Positions 37,288 to 51,896 of a stretch of DNA of 64,000 nucleotides are shown here, in pieces. A program made the translations under genes and the position numbers. The notes under the pieces were generated by a model. That model was not told where the DNA came from. It made no database searches and saw only the letters and a list, made by a program, of their open reading frames with translations. The DNA is taken from positions 10,788,001-10,852,000 of the forward strand of contig OX597830.1 in NCBI GenBank assembly GCA_951406725.2, read 5' to 3'. The stretch comes from Octopus vulgaris. Its lineage: Eukaryota. The first letter of the stretch is position 1, and the number at the start of each line of letters is the position of its first letter.

Positions 37288-38126
37288 TGTATGAGTGCAT
37301 TCATATATCAGTGTTTTACATCTACTTTCAATTGGTGAAATAACCGAAAGAGACTCAATAAAGAACACGCTGCATTATTTATATGTTGAGTATTTCTTCA
37401 TCATTCACTAAGGAAGCAATACCTACAACAGCACAACAGTTTCAACATTACATTCTACCTTTTCATCGGAAATAATTCAAAATACTACAGTCATATAATG
37501 AAACAATTGTAAAATACTGCTACATTAAAAACATGTGTGAGCATGTGGGAGAGAGTGCTAGAAGGGCCAAAAAAAAACAATGTATTTCTAATGCGGCCCA
37601 CAATCCGATTGCCTGGCTATCTACACCCTCAAACTGGAATGTTCGGATAAAATGGAAGTCCAGTGGGGTAAAAACTCCAGATGCATCACTCATGAAAGCA
37701 GAGTGTGTCATGAAAGCAGAAGAGTAACATATAATACAAGTAAGAAGATAAATATTGAAGGGGGCACAACATCATTGCTGTTAGTTGCAACTGTTTTGAG
37801 AACACTCTGTTACTACTACAGTTGCATGACGATGATGCCGTGTGAAATGTTTTACAAGTGTGTAAAGTGTGGGCGTATGAATGTGTGACACGGTATGCAG
37901 AAATATGTGAATGCACGTTTGGATAAATATGAATTGTATGTTCATGTAGGTATTTGTTGTGTATTTATCTATGGAGGATTGATAGCTAGATATAGAGAGC
38001 GATATGACAGAGGGTCTCCTTTCCATTCTCCTACAGCCACTCACTCACTCTCTATTTGCGAATTCATTGTCTTCAGATGTGATATAAATAATAAAAAAAA
38101 AACATAAAAATAGTCAACAGGAATTG

Positions 38127-38127
<1 letters not shown>

Positions 38128-38163
<36 letters not shown>

Positions 38164-38286
38164 CATATATATACATACATATAAATACATATATACATAC
38201 ATATAAATACATATATACATACACACACATATATATATATACACACACATATATATGTATACATACACATATATATATATATACAT

Positions 38287-38329
<43 letters not shown>

Positions 38330-38364
38330 CATATATATACATATAAATATATATATACATATAC

Positions 38365-38396
<32 letters not shown>

Positions 38397-38491
38397 ATAT
38401 ACATATATATATATACATACATATATATATATACATATATATATACATACATATATATATACATACATATACATATATATATATATATATA
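38128..38491. repeat. (TA/CA)n microsatellite
   Basis: Seen directly. Confidence 0.95.
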
Positions 38492-39197
38492 AATCTAAAA
38501 ATATATATCCATAACTATTGCTCTGAGCATTTAAAAAGATGAGAATAAGAAGGAAGATTCCAAAGATGTCGACGACTGCTGATGACGACGACAATAATGA
38601 AGATAGTGATGACGACGAATCAAGATAGTATTGATCTTCCAAAAAAACCCTAATAGGAACATTCCGATATTGTATTCTACAATGAAATTCGGTGCATCTA
38701 GTCAAGATGTTTTATTTCTATCAAACGTAAGCCTGTCAAGGCTTCGGGATAAACTACAAAACAGAGATGTTCCACCTGCAAGGGGAAGGAATGGTTTTTA
38801 CCGTGTTTCTCAGAATATATACAGGAAGGAAGAGGGAAGAGGCTGAACTGAAGAAAGAGACAGCAAATGTGTACAAGTCGATACATAGATTGCTGTAATT
38901 TCAAATAAACAAAGACTACAAATGTTTTTCGATTGCACATTAAATGGTTGGTTGCGAGTCATCACGTTGTTTTATTGTCATCGCGATAAATTTAAATTTC
39001 TCACAAACGCACACAGCATCTGTGTATGTGTGTGTTTGTGAGTGTGTGTGTGTGTGTGTTTGTGCGTGTGAGTGTGTGTGTATGACAACCTTTCCAAGAG
39101 ACAATAAGATATACATACACATATATATCTATATATACATCTGGATATATTATAAATTATATATTATCTGTATAATATATATATGCATATATATATG

Positions 39198-39239
<42 letters not shown>

Positions 39240-39820
39240 ATATAAATTATACATAAAATATATATTTATATCATATATATAATACATACACTCACACACG
39301 TGTGTGTGTGTTTCTTCTGACTATATATATATATAATGTGCATCTGTATATCTATAGGCATGTATATTTATATATATATATATATATCATGCCTAATTGT
39401 ATTTATCTGCATCACTATATCCATATATATATATATATATATATACAAGAAAACCATCCGAACATGGCCGTAGCCAGTACCGCATCCGACTGAGCCTCTG
39501 TAGCTGTGGTGCTTTTTACGTACCCGCACAGGTGCCAGACAGAGCTGGCAAATCACGATCGTGGTGCTTTTTATGTGCCAGCCTCATCTGGCACCTGTGT
39601 CGGTGGCAACAGACAAAACGGGGTCCGAGTGCTGGCGGTCTGCCAGCCTCGTCTGGCCACCTGTGTCGGTGGCACATAAAACATCTGCATCCAGCGTGAT
39701 CGATTTCCATCGTCTGACCTCGTTTGGTGGCAATTAAAAGCTTTTTACTTTTTTTAAAAATGGTATATATATATAATGTGCATCCAGCTGTATATCTCTA
39801 GGCACTGTATATCTATACTA

Positions 39821-39856
<36 letters not shown>

Positions 39857-40447
39857 TGCCTAATTGTATTTATCTGCATCACCTATATGCTATATATATA
39901 AGCGGATATATATGATGATATATATGATATATATATATATATATGTATATGTATATATGTGTATACATACATGCACACATAGATGTGCATAGACACTCAC
40001 ATATTTACACATAGAGATGTATACTCTCTGCTGAATTCATGAAGTGGTAGTAGTACCTCTTATATTCTTCCAGTGGTTAGAAACATAGTTAACACAAACC
40101 AACGGACATCAACTTATCATCACCACCATCATCATCATAATCATCCTCATCTTCGTCATTGTCATCATCATTATCATCATCATTGTCATCGTCATCATCA
40201 ACATCGTCACCATCCTCAGCATCCTCATCATTAACATCATCAATCATCATCGTCATTCTCATCATTCATCATCAATCATCATCCTCACCATCATTCTCAT
40301 ATTCATCATCATCTTTATCCCCATCATCATCATCCCAGAACCATGTGTGTGATTGGGAAGCGAGCTTCTTACCACACAACCGTGTCTATATAAATGATTT
40401 AAATAACATCTTGTGAGTTTCTCTCTATTTTCCATTATTCCTATATA

Positions 40448-41702
40448 CAAGGGTTGGACAAAATAATGGAAACACCTAGCATCATAGCATCATAATTTTG
40501 AAATATCTATAAAACTGTCAAGTTTGTTTACTTGTACGTTTTTTGATTTATTATTAGTGTTGCTTAATATGTTTTGCTAAAATTGCTGTTTCTTTTCAGA
40601 TATCATCAGAAAAAGTTAATTAAAATTCATTAAAATGACACATCTATCGGACTTTCAAAGAGGTAAAATTGTTGGTACTCATATGGCAGATGCTAGCGTA
40701 ATGAAAACAGCCGAAATGTTTGGTGTATCAAGAAGTACTGTCTCAAAAGTAATGACAGTCTTTAAGAAAAGGGAAAAACCAACTCTTTAAAACAAAACAT
40801 CTGGAAGAAGACTAAAACTTTCAGATAGGGACCATCGGACTCTTACGTAAATTGCTAGAAAGGATCACATAAGTACAGCTCCCACAATTACTGCAGACCT
40901 TAATGACCACCTTGAGAACCAGTTTCCACAAAAATTGTTTGCCAGGAGCTGCACAAAGCATGATTTCATGGAAGGGCTGCAATCAGAAAACCACTACTTT
41001 CAAAAACAAACATTGCAAAGTGTTTAGAATTGGTCCCTAGAGCAGTGGAAGAATATTATTTTCTCAGACGAGTCATTCTTTACCCTATTTTCGACCACTG
41101 GCCAAGTATACATGTGGAGACAGCCAAAAGAAGCATTTGACCCAGACTGCCTTCTTCCAACTGTTAAACATGGAGGAAGTTCTGTGATGATCAGGGGCGG
41201 GGGCTACATCTTGGAAATCCTCCAGCCCAATGGTTTCCCTTCATGGCAGAATGAATAGTCAAGACTATTTAAGCATTTTATCTGATCAAATTTATCCTAT
41301 GGTTGCGGAACTGCTTCCAGAGGGAAACGCAATCTTTCTGGATGATAATGCACCAATTCACACAACTAAGGTTGTTACTGAATGGCACGAGAAACATTCT
41401 AGTGAAGTTGAACATCATATCTGGCCACCACAGTCCCCAGATCTCAATATTATTGAACATTTATGGTGCATTTTAGAAAAAACAAGTAAGGAGTCGATAT
41501 CCTCCACCATCATCACAACAAGAACAGTAGACTGCTTTAGCTGAAGAATGGACAAAAATTCCTTTGGAATCATTTCAAACTTTGTACAAGTCCATACCTC
41601 ATAGAATTCAAGCTGTAATTACTGCCAAAGGTGGTTCTACCCCTTATTAAAATAAATTTGTTTGAAATTTTAAGGTGTTTACATTATTTTGTCCAACCCC
41701 TG
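40448..41702 (+). mobile_element. Tc1-family DNA transposon, full length, decayed
   Basis: TIRs CAAGGGTTGGACAAAATAATGGAAACACCT / AGGTGTTTACATTATTTTGTCCAACCCCTG; TA TSD. Confidence 0.95.
40635..41650 (+). pseudogene. Tc1 DDE transposase pseudogene
   Basis: MTHLSDFQRGKIVG..., FSDES, TVKHGG, DDNAPIH, WPPQSPDLNIIEHLW, ...AKGGSTPY*; broken by frameshifts and stops. Confidence 0.92.
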
Positions 41703-41739
41703 TATATATATATATATATATATAATTATATATATATAT

Positions 41740-41770
<31 letters not shown>

Positions 41771-42576
41771 CATATATAAATCCTTTTAGGAACACTTATA
41801 GCAAACGAAGCAGATTAGAGTATAAACATTAAAATGGAACAGACATTCTTGTAGAAAGAGAGAGAAAGAGAGTGAGATTGGGAAAGAAAGAGAGAGGGAG
41901 AGAGAGAGGGAAATTGGAAAATTGGGAAAGAGAGAGAGAGAGAGATTTGTATGCATGCTGTCATGTGTATTGTAAAATAATTTTCTCAGAGAATTGTTCT
42001 TTAGTTCAGCTTCAAAGTGCTTAGGCCAGACAAGTTAACCAAAGTCAGAAATTATCTACAATACGGTTATATTTGTCAAATGCCTGCATACATTAACTAA
42101 TGGAGTAGAACATGTGTTGAATGGCAACCAAGAGATTCCCTTATGTATTGCAGCAAACAGTCTGCGATTACATAACAAACCAGTGACAACCAGTATGCAT
42201 TTCCAGAGCTGTGGGAGTAAACAACAGCATTTAGCTGACAATGGTTATATTGAAGTTGTATTCCTTAGATATACTACATTATTTATATCTATTTCACCAT
42301 ATCAGTGCCATCTATAAACATAGATGTGTTCAATCCGGTAACCTAGTTTTTTTTACAAGCTTATAATTGTCATAGAAACCTTATGAGATTGGCCTTAAAG
42401 AGTGCAGGTCATATCTTTATTTTACAGACAACCACCATCCTTCGTGCCACCATGATTTTAATTAAATATCGAATGAAAGAAAAATTGTTTTAGCGAAAGA
42501 ATATATTCATAGAGAACAAACATAAAATACAAGGTAAGCATTTGAAGAAGTATTAAATGAAAAATAGTCATCAATA

Positions 42577-42981
42577 GGCGTTGGAGTGGCTGTGTGGTAA
42601 GAAGCTCGCTTCCCAACCACTTGGTTCCGGGTTCAATCCTACTGCGTGGCACCTTGGGCAAGTGTCTTCTGCTATAGCCTCGGGCCGACCAAAGCCTTGT
42701 GAGGGGATCTGGTAGATGGAAACTGAATGAAGCCCGTCATATATATATGTATATGTACATATATGTATGTGTTTGTGTCTGTGTTTGTCCCCCCACCATC
42801 GCTTGATAACCGCTGCTGGTGTGTCTACATCCCTGTCACTTAGCGGTTAGGCAAAAAGAGACCAATAGAATAAGTACTAGGCTTACAAAGAATAAGTCCA
42901 GGGGTCGATTTTATTCAACTAAAGGTGGTGCTCCAGCATGACCACATTCAAATGACTGAAACAAGTAAAAGAGTAAAAGAA
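42577..42981 (+). mobile_element. SINE family A
   Basis: Full length. Confidence 0.9.
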
Positions 42982-44210
42982 TAATGTTTTGTTGTGTCTT
43001 GGGAGTGTCATTATGCCAATAATAACACATGCACAGGTTCAACTCCACTTCTTTATTGTTAGTCAATTGGTTAGATATCTAAACAACTAACTAATCAAAT
43101 GCTTGTTTAATGTGTCAGTTAAACAATCATTTGTTTGATTGCTTGTTTGCCAAACTCCTTTTGTTGTTGTTTGAAGTCTTTTCAGTGGCCTGTGACTCCC
43201 GACTCTCTCCAGGGCCTGCTTTCATCTCTCTGAGATTTGATCCTTGGTCTGTGTGTATGGATGAGTGTGTGTGAGTGTGTGTGCATGCATGTGCAGGCAT
43301 GTGTTTGTTTATAAAAAATGTATTGATATAAAACAAATATAAATTACCAGGTATGTAATTCAATTAGTATTAAATGAAAAATAGCCACCTATAAATATCA
43401 CTTATTTCATGTATATACACCTTGGCAGGCAAGATACTGTGGTTTTTATCTGAGATAAAATCTCTTATAGATGTGCTGTATTTAAAAACACAATATGTAT
43501 CAGAAGGAGATGAAAAAAAATCATTCCATATCAGGATTTTGTTTAGGCATGTACCTGAAAGTGCAACTCGTTGACTAAGTCCAGGAAGGTTGAAATACAC
43601 CTGGCATTCTCAACAGCTGTTGCCAAGACGATTTTTTTTCTCTCCCTCCAATATTTATTGTTTCTAACACTGCACATCTAGAAAATATTTTATCTTGAAC
43701 AAATACTGCAGTGTCTTACTTGCCAATGATGTATAGACATTCAGTATGATACACAGATGATTATTTTAATTTAGTGCTACTTCAGTTGCATATACTGAGT
43801 TTATATTCAGCCTGTCAGATATTTGCAACATCAGTCAATGTATCATATGCTATTTCCTTTGTTGCTTGTCCCAGCTACTTAGCAGTTTGGCAAGTGAGAC
43901 TGACAGAATAAATACGAGACTTAAGAAAAAACCATAAGTACTGAGGTTGATTTGTTTGACAAAAATCCCTTCAATGAGGTGCTCCAGCAGGGCCACACTT
44001 TAGAAACTGAAACAAGTAAAAGATCAAAGACAGACAACAAATGTTATTTACCACTTCTCAACATACTATTTTGTTTAAAATAACCATCTCTGTATCATAC
44101 TCAATGCATATACACTGCTGACTGATAAGATACAGTAGTTTTTCTCTGAGATAAAATCTCATAGATGTGCTGTGTTTGAAAACATAATATATTATCAGAG
44201 GGAGGGCCAA

Positions 44211-44413
44211 TTTTACTCTTTACTCTTTTACTTGTTTCAGTCATTTGACTGCGGCCATGCTGGAGCACACCTTTAGTCAAGCAAATCAACCCCAGGACTT
44301 ATTCTTTGTAAGCCTAGTACTTATTCTATCAGTATCTTTTGCCGAACCGCTAAGTTATGGGGACACAAACACACCAGCATCAGTTGTCAAGCGATGTTGG
44401 AGGGACACACACA

Positions 44414-44451
<38 letters not shown>

Positions 44452-44626
44452 TACACATATATACGACGGGCTTCTTTCAGTTTCCGTCTACCAAATCCAC
44501 TCACAAGACTTTGGTAGGCCAGAGGCTATAGTAAAAGACACTTTCCCAAGGTGCCACGCAGTGGGACTGAACCCGGAAACATGTGGCTGGTAAGCAAGCT
44601 ACTTACCACACAGCCACTCCTGCACC
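44211..44626 (-). mobile_element. SINE family A
   Basis: Full length. Confidence 0.9.
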
Positions 44627-45524
44627 TTTTGAGAAATATTGCCATAACCTCATGAGTTGTAAGTGCATCACATATGATCACATTTACTCCTACCTGGGGC
44701 AGGTCAGTCAGATGGAATCTATCATTTTCCAAATAGTTTTTAGAGGGAGAATAAATAGTAAATGTATAAGGATCTCAGTCAGTTCTGTGAGGAATATTCA
44801 GTTGTCCTGTCAACCAAAATACCTGAGTGTCCCACAGACACATATAGCCTTAGGATAACTGTCAGATGGAATCAGCAGGATATGTTTGGGTCTTTGAATT
44901 ACATCACCAACCCATTTCATAGGCTTCTGTACAATTTCCTTCGACTTAGTTTCATTCATATGGTTGAGGTTGACCTGAGGATCTGGCAAAAGCCCCCATA
45001 AGAATAAATTGCTGAAGAATTCATTAAGCATGAGGAACAAATACGCTTTATCAATGAAGATTGTGAATGGGAACAGTCATAGTTTATCAATAAATGTAAA
45101 TAGAATGAAGTCACAAATAAAGAATAGAATCACTCTATACTATAAGATTTATTAATAAAATAACTATCATAAATAATACTTAATACAGAATAAATTAAAT
45201 AATTAAAAACCACTAATTATTATATATACTCTAAAAATCTTATAAGATTAATAAATATATTCAAAAAATTTTAATAGTAACCCCTCTACTTACTATTAAA
45301 TTCTTTCCCATATACTCATAATTATAATCTAAAACTAGTAATCATAACCAAAATCTCTAATACTTATCAAATTTGAGGTATAACTATACATGCGTATATA
45401 TATATATAAATATACATACATATATTTATATATATATGTACATACATGCATACATACATACACATACCCATATATACACACACCCATACACACACACATA
45501 AATAAATGTGTATACATATACATA

Positions 45525-45923
45525 GGCGCAGGAGTGGCTGTGTGGTAAGTAGCTTGCTAACCAACCACATGGTTCTGGGTTCAGTCCCACTGCGTGGCAT
45601 CTTGGGCAAGTGTCTTCTGCTATAGCCCCGGGCCGACCAATGCCTTGTGAGTGGATTTGGTAGACGGAAACTGAAAGAAGCCTGTCGTATATATGTATAT
45701 ATATATATGTGTATGTGTGTTTGTCCCCCTAGCATTGCTTAACAACCGATGCTGGTGTGTTTACGTCCCCGTCACTTAGCGGTTCGGCAAAAGAGACCGA
45801 TAGAATAAGTACTGGGCTTACAAAGAATAAGTCCCGGGGTCGATTTGATCGACTAAAGGCGGTGCTCCAGCATGGCCGCAGTCAAATGACTGAAACAAGT
45901 AAAAGAGTAAAGAGAGTAAAGAG
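45525..45923 (+). mobile_element. SINE family A (young)
   Basis: Full length. Confidence 0.9.
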
Positions 45924-46102
45924 ATATATATACACGTACATAAACTTATACACATACATACATACACACACAAACACATATAAATAAATATGTATATAAA
46001 TGTCTATATTCATACTTCAATACAAACATAGAGGTAAAAATTAAGTTTAATCTATATATTCTATCTTACTAATCTATATTTCTATATTAAATATATATAT
46101 AT

Positions 46103-46435
46103 ATGGCTCAGTGGTTAGAGCGTCGAGCTTACGATCGTGAGGTTGTGAGCTCGAATCCCGGACCGGGCTGTGTGTTGTGTTCTCGAGCAAGGCACTTTAT
46201 TTCACGTTGCTCCAGTTCACTCAGCTGTAGAAATGAGTTGCGACGTCACAGGTGCCAAGCTGTATCGGCCCCTTTTGCCTTTCCCTTGGATAACACTGGT
46301 GGCGTGGAGAGGGGAGGCCGGTATGCATGGGCGACTGCTGGTCTTCCATAAACAACCTTGCCCGGACTTGTATCTAGGAGGGTAACTTTCTAGGTGCAAT
46401 CCCATGGTCATTCATGACCGAAGGGGGTCTTTACC
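46103..46435 (+). mobile_element. CORE-like tRNA SINE (family D)
   Basis: TGGCTCAGTGGTTAGAGCG...GAGCTCGAATCCCGG...GAGCAAGGCACTTTATTTCACGTTGCTCCAG; homologous to 51897-52545. Confidence 0.8.
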
Positions 46436-47111
46436 TATATATATATATATAATATACATACGTATGCATACTCACACACATTTCTGCCTCCATACATGCA
46501 ACTACAAGACTGTGTATGTGCGTATGTGTATGTGTCTATCTGTGCAAGTGTATGTCTGTTTGTGCATGCGCGTGTTTATGCGTGTGCGTATATGCAAAAT
46601 ATATTTCCAAAATGCTGCCCCCTGTCACTCACGTTCTTGGTGAATAGATTTTTAAGAAATTGTAACAGTATCGAAACTATTTTGAAACATTTTATCGCAA
46701 TGTATCAAATCACAAGAAGTCTCCAGGGTGGGGCAGGGATGGAATGGGGAAAGAAAGTCACATGCAAATACACACACACGCACACAAACATACAGACACA
46801 TATATATGCTGACATGCTGGTAAGTGCACACACAGACACACATGCATTTACATAAGCCCGTTGTGCCTAAAATGGCATTCTTTTCAAGAGTAGCAGATTA
46901 ACGGCGTTGAATAACCGCAAGTCACTTGGGACCTGGCAGTTTAGTCTCAGACTGCAGAGAAGTCGAAAAAAAATGACAGTTGGCGAGGAAACTCCCTTCG
47001 CATGTATGTGATGCACAATTGAAATAGGGGAGCGGAGAAGGAGGAGGAAAAAGAAGAAGAAATTAAAAGAGAGAGAGAAGGATCGTAAATAATGATGAGG
47101 GAGATGAGGTG

Positions 47112-47352
47112 AGGTGAAGGGGGAGGAGAAGGAGGAGAAGAAGAAGAAGAAGAAGAAGAAGAAGAACAACAACAACAACAACAAAAGGGAAGAAGAAGAA
47201 GAACAACAACAACAACAACAGCAACAACAACAAAAGGGAAGAAGAAGAAGAAGAAGAAGAAGAAGGGAAGAAGAAGAAGGGAAGAAGAAGGGAAGAAGAA
47301 GAAGAGAAGAAGGAGAAGAAGAAGGAGGAGAAGAAGAAGACGAAGAAGAAGA
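47112..47352. repeat. (GAA/CAA/GGA)n repeat
   Basis: Seen directly. Confidence 0.9.
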
Positions 47353-48449
47353 TATACAAATTAAATGGTTGCAGTATAAAAATAGAAAGAAAGAAAAAAA
47401 GAAAGAAAGCAGGAAAGAATGAAAGAAAGAATGAAAGAGTGGGTATCTGCAAAGGTGTATGGGACAATTCCACAGACATTAAAAGTTATTGTAAGTTCTA
47501 CGATATAACGGTTTGATGGTTTCCGTAGATGTGAATGATGGCCAAAATATTGGTCGTTTTGGAAAGAGAGAGAACTTTTGGAATACACCACAGTTAGTGT
47601 GATGATTCCTACCAGCATCATCAGCGAGGTACCTGGGAATTCTGTTGGTGCTGGTACCACGTAAAAATCACCCAGTACACTCCGTAAAGTGGTTGGCATT
47701 AGAAAGGATGTCCAGTTGCTGAAACCATGCCAAAACACACAAGAGAACCAGGTGGGGGGGTGCGACTAATGCAGTTTCACACCTCTCCTTGAAACATGCA
47801 GTTTTTTAGAAAAGATATTTTCAAATTCCTGCGTTTTAAATGTCGGAGATTACGAATATGCAAAAAAAAAAATTTTTTTTTTTTTTTTAAATTTAGCCAC
47901 CCCACCGCCACCCAATTAAAATTTTTGATTTTGTTTACTTGAAAGAGATCGTAGCGAACTGACAAGCATAAGCAAATCAAAATTAAATCCAAACAAAAAA
48001 CATTGAAGTGAAAAAAAATTTGCGTTTTACTCGTGTAAATAACAATTTAATGTAAATTAAATATGCTCTATTTTATGAGGAACAAACATTAATGTTTGAT
48101 AATTAATATTATAAAGTTTAATAAGGGGCTCAAATTTCCCTCCCTCCCCCAATTTTAAATTTTGAAATTTTTCATCCATTTATATATTTGTCTGTCTGTC
48201 TATTTATCCATGTCCATTTATTCATAAAACATATTTGTCAACTAAATGTGGCGGTCCTATAGAGGATGGTGTTACTGTTGTTTTTAGCCCCAGGAAGGCA
48301 TTCATATTTATCTATCTCTTTATACATATATATATCTATATGCTTATTGAATTTAAAATTTTGAAAATGTAGTTTCTTGCATATTTGGAAACTCCATCAT
48401 TGAAAACGTAGGAGGTAAAAAAAAAATTTCGATAAAATTTGAAATTTTA

Positions 48450-48676
48450 AGGGAGTGGAGAGTGGTTGTGGGGGTGAAGAGTGGTGGTTGTGGGTGGAGA
48501 ATGGTGGTAGGGGGTGGGGAGTAGTGGTAGGGGGTGGGGAGTGGTGGTAGGGAGTGGAGAGCGGTGGTAGGGGCTGGGGAGATGTGTTAGGGGTGGGGAG
48601 TGGTGGTAGGGGAGGGTGGGGGAGGAGTGTGGTGGTAGGAGGAGGGGTGTGGTGGTAAGGGGAGGGGAGTTAGGGT
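48450..48676 (+). repeat. G-rich degenerate tandem repeat (GGGGTGGGGAGTGGTGGTA)
   Basis: About 20-bp units with many G-runs. Confidence 0.8.
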
Positions 48677-48907
48677 TTAAAATTTGCATATTTGTAATCT
48701 CCGACATCTAAAACATAGGAAGCCGAAAAATTTTTTTAAAAAAAAGGCATTTTTCAAGGAGAGGTGCGAAACTGCATTAGCCCCGATCCAGGTACAGCTC
48801 CTGTTAAACTGTCCAACCCATGCCACCATGGAAAAAGAAGTCAAATGAAGATGATGATAATCATCGTCAATATCATCATCGATCATCAATATCATATATA
48901 GGATTCA

Positions 48908-49067
48908 CCATGTGGTAAGAAGCATGCTTGCCAACTACATGGTTCCAGGTTCAGTCTCACTCTGTGGCACCTTGGGCAAGTGTCTTCTGCTATAGCCATG
49001 GGCCGGACAAAGCCTTGTGAGTGGATTTGGTAGATGGAAACTGAAAGAAGCCCATCGTATATATATA
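48908..49067 (+). mobile_element. SINE family A 5' half, interrupted by a Helitron
   Basis: Head up to the internal (TA)n. Confidence 0.8.
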
Positions 49068-50234
49068 CTAGCATTAAAATCCCGTCGTTGCCAGGTCATA
49101 GTGCTAGTGCATGTATATATGTGTATATATATATGTGTACATATTACATGTACATCTATATATATACATCTACACATAAAATACAAAGTTATATCTTGAT
49201 ATCGCTAGTGATAACAATACTCAAAATATATAACAGACTGGAATTGTTAGCCCGTCTCTTGTAATTTCGATCAATTGTATCTTGTCCTCCCTCTTGTATA
49301 GAAGTGTGACTACAATTCCGCCTACCTCTACTGGGGGGGGGGGGGCATTTAAAATTTTTTTCCGGGACGTCCTACGTCCCAGATATAAAGGTAAAATTAA
49401 AATATTTCCACTTTGCAAGTTCGAGTCGAGTACTCCCTTGCACGCTCCGTTGACTCGAACCTTGCTTCTATTGTGGCAAATTTACCGGCTCTGATTAGAT
49501 ACCTTTCATAGTCGCTCCAAGACACTTTTCGAAGGTGCTTTCCTCCAGGTGTTCAAATCTTTTTCTCTACATTGTATACTTTATAGACAATAGTCTTTTC
49601 TTTAATTTAATATTTCATTATCCACCTGAACTATTCCATTTCTGCACGCCAATTTTATTTTTAATTTATTCCCATTCATGTGAAACCACTTATTCAAGTT
49701 CAAATCATTGATGCAATTTTATACCAATTGCTATTTTTACTTTTGTTATGTTACGATTATATTATACTTTAGTTTGATTTTAATTATTACTTACTACATA
49801 TAATTCACTTGTTATTATTATTTTTATTATTAAAGTGAAAGCATCTGACATAAAATAGAGAAATATTTTTGATTCACTTTGAACACGTAATACTGAAATA
49901 TTGGAGAAGATATGATATTGCTATGGGCTCGCTCTAGGCAAGAAGTTGAACTTTTATTTTGCCCATGAAGCTACATGGACCCTAAGTAAGGCATGTGTAA
50001 AATTTGAATGAAATCGGTTGTGTAGTTCTCAAGTTTTAGGGAATCGTAGTGGAGAAGGTATGATATTGCTGTGGGCTCGCCCTAGGCAAAAAGTTCAAAA
50101 TGTTTTTTGCCGATGAAACTCCCCGGACCCTAAGTAAGGCATGTGTAAAATTTGAATGAAATTGGTTCTGTAGTTCTCAAGTTTTAGGGAAACACACAGA
50201 CAGACACACATTCTCAGTTTTATATATATAAAGA
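49068..50234 (-). mobile_element. Non-autonomous Helitron (about 1.17 kb)
   Basis: RC: A|TCTTTATATATATAAAACTGAGAATGTGTGTCTGTCTG ... CCTGGCAACGACGGGATTTTAATGCTAG|T; internal duplication of about 150 bp at 49900-50190. Confidence 0.85.
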
Positions 50235-50475
50235 TATATGTGTGTGTGTGTGTGTCTGTGTCTGTGTGTGTGTGTGTGTGTGAGTGTGTGTGTGTATAGG
50301 TGTTGCCCCCCCCCCCATCTTATATAAGAAGATGAGAGAGAAAGATAGGAATAAGACAAGAGACAGAGAGGTTGAAAAGAAAAAGATAAGAATAGCAAAG
50401 TGAGAATAAGAGAGAAAGAGGAATGAGATTTGATCAACATGGCTCCTGTAATGAAGTGACATGTTATTTATTAAC

Positions 50476-50901
50476 AGGAGTGGCTGTGTGGTAAGTAGCT
50501 TGCTTACCAACCACATGGCTCCGGGTTCAGTCCCACTGTGTAGGAATGAACCCAGAGCAAATGTCTTCAACTATAGCCTCAGGCCAACCAAAGCCTTGTG
50601 AGTGGATTTGGTAGGTCAAAACTGAAAGAAGTCCATCGTATACATATATATATATATATATATGTACGTATGTATGTGTGTGTGTTTGAATGTTTGTGTT
50701 TGTGCATCTGTGTTTGTCCCCCACTCCATCACTTGACAACTGATGCTGGTTTGCTTACATCCCCATAACTTAGCAGTTTTGCAAAAGCGACCGATATAAT
50801 AAGTACTAGGCTTACAAAGAATCAATTCTGGGGTTGATTTGCTCGACTAAAGGCAGTGCTCCAGCATGGCCACAGTCAAATGACTGAAACAAGTAAAAGA
50901 A
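50476..50901 (+). mobile_element. SINE family A
   Basis: Full length, diverged. Confidence 0.85.
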
Positions 50902-51896
50902 TAACTCTCTTTGGTTGCAGTCCATTCCTTGACAGCTGAAGTATTTTCTACTCCCCCCACACACCACACACACAGCAGTTTGCAGAGAAAAAGGGCCCCG
51001 CAACCAAATACCCTAGATGACACCCTTACGTCACTGAAATACCTCGAGGGTCATTCACAGCTTGCAACTGATTTTGATTCCACTGCAACAAACAAAGAAT
51101 GCAATACAATGAAATGGTATGGCACCAGAGACAGAGCAAGAAATATCTGAGAATTTCTGTGAAGAAATGACACACACTGCACTGTGTGTGTGTGTACCAT
51201 TTCTCGTTTTTTTTTTTTTTCTGTCATTGTTTTTGTATACATTCGCTATTTTCTTCCAAAGAATCTAGTGCTCTCAGCTTAGATTTTCCTTGGGGCTGAC
51301 CAGATTGGAGCAATCTCGAGTATAACCAGCCAAAATTGCAAAGATAATCTAGAAAACTCCGAATGACCTGCACTTGTTTTGTTTTTCCTTGTCCATTTTT
51401 TGTATCATCTAATTGTCTGGATGTTTTGTGTTCTTGTCCCATTTTTTGCATTCTTTTACATATATATATATATATTTAACTTTATTCGTTTCGTTTCTGC
51501 TATCAGAAAACCTAAATCAACTTCCTCTACTTTGCATGTCCATCTAGAGTAGGAGATGAACACATTCAATCACGATTGTTGTGATGATCTTAAGATTATT
51601 GATTCAAACTTTGTCACATTAGCCATAGAAACAGGTTCTTGAGCAAGTTACACAATTCAACTTGCTTTACTAAAAAATCAGAGTTTACTACTGTGAACAA
51701 CATTAGATGTCATATGACAGAACTTGAGACAGATACAATGATTAAGGGGACTAATAGAACTTGAACCATGTACCTTTTGATTCCCAGATGATATGTCATC
51801 TGGGCTCCTACTGGTACATAGGTCTATTTTTATTATTATTATTATTATTAGCTTTAGGAACAATGGCAAGTAATTCATAGGTTTTACCAGTGAATA

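Noticed and set aside
37390-37520. GAAACAATTGTA hammerhead 3' half and a CCGATGA..GAAAC on the minus strand
   Set aside because: No intact CTGANGA core with matching stems.
42039-42317. 93-codon open frame in unique sequence
   Set aside because: No recognisable motif or convincing splice sites; within chance expectation.
46103-46175. tRNA genes at SINE heads (also 51897, 52074, 1306)
   Set aside because: A/B boxes run on into SINE bodies; no complete cloverleaf with acceptor stem and terminator.
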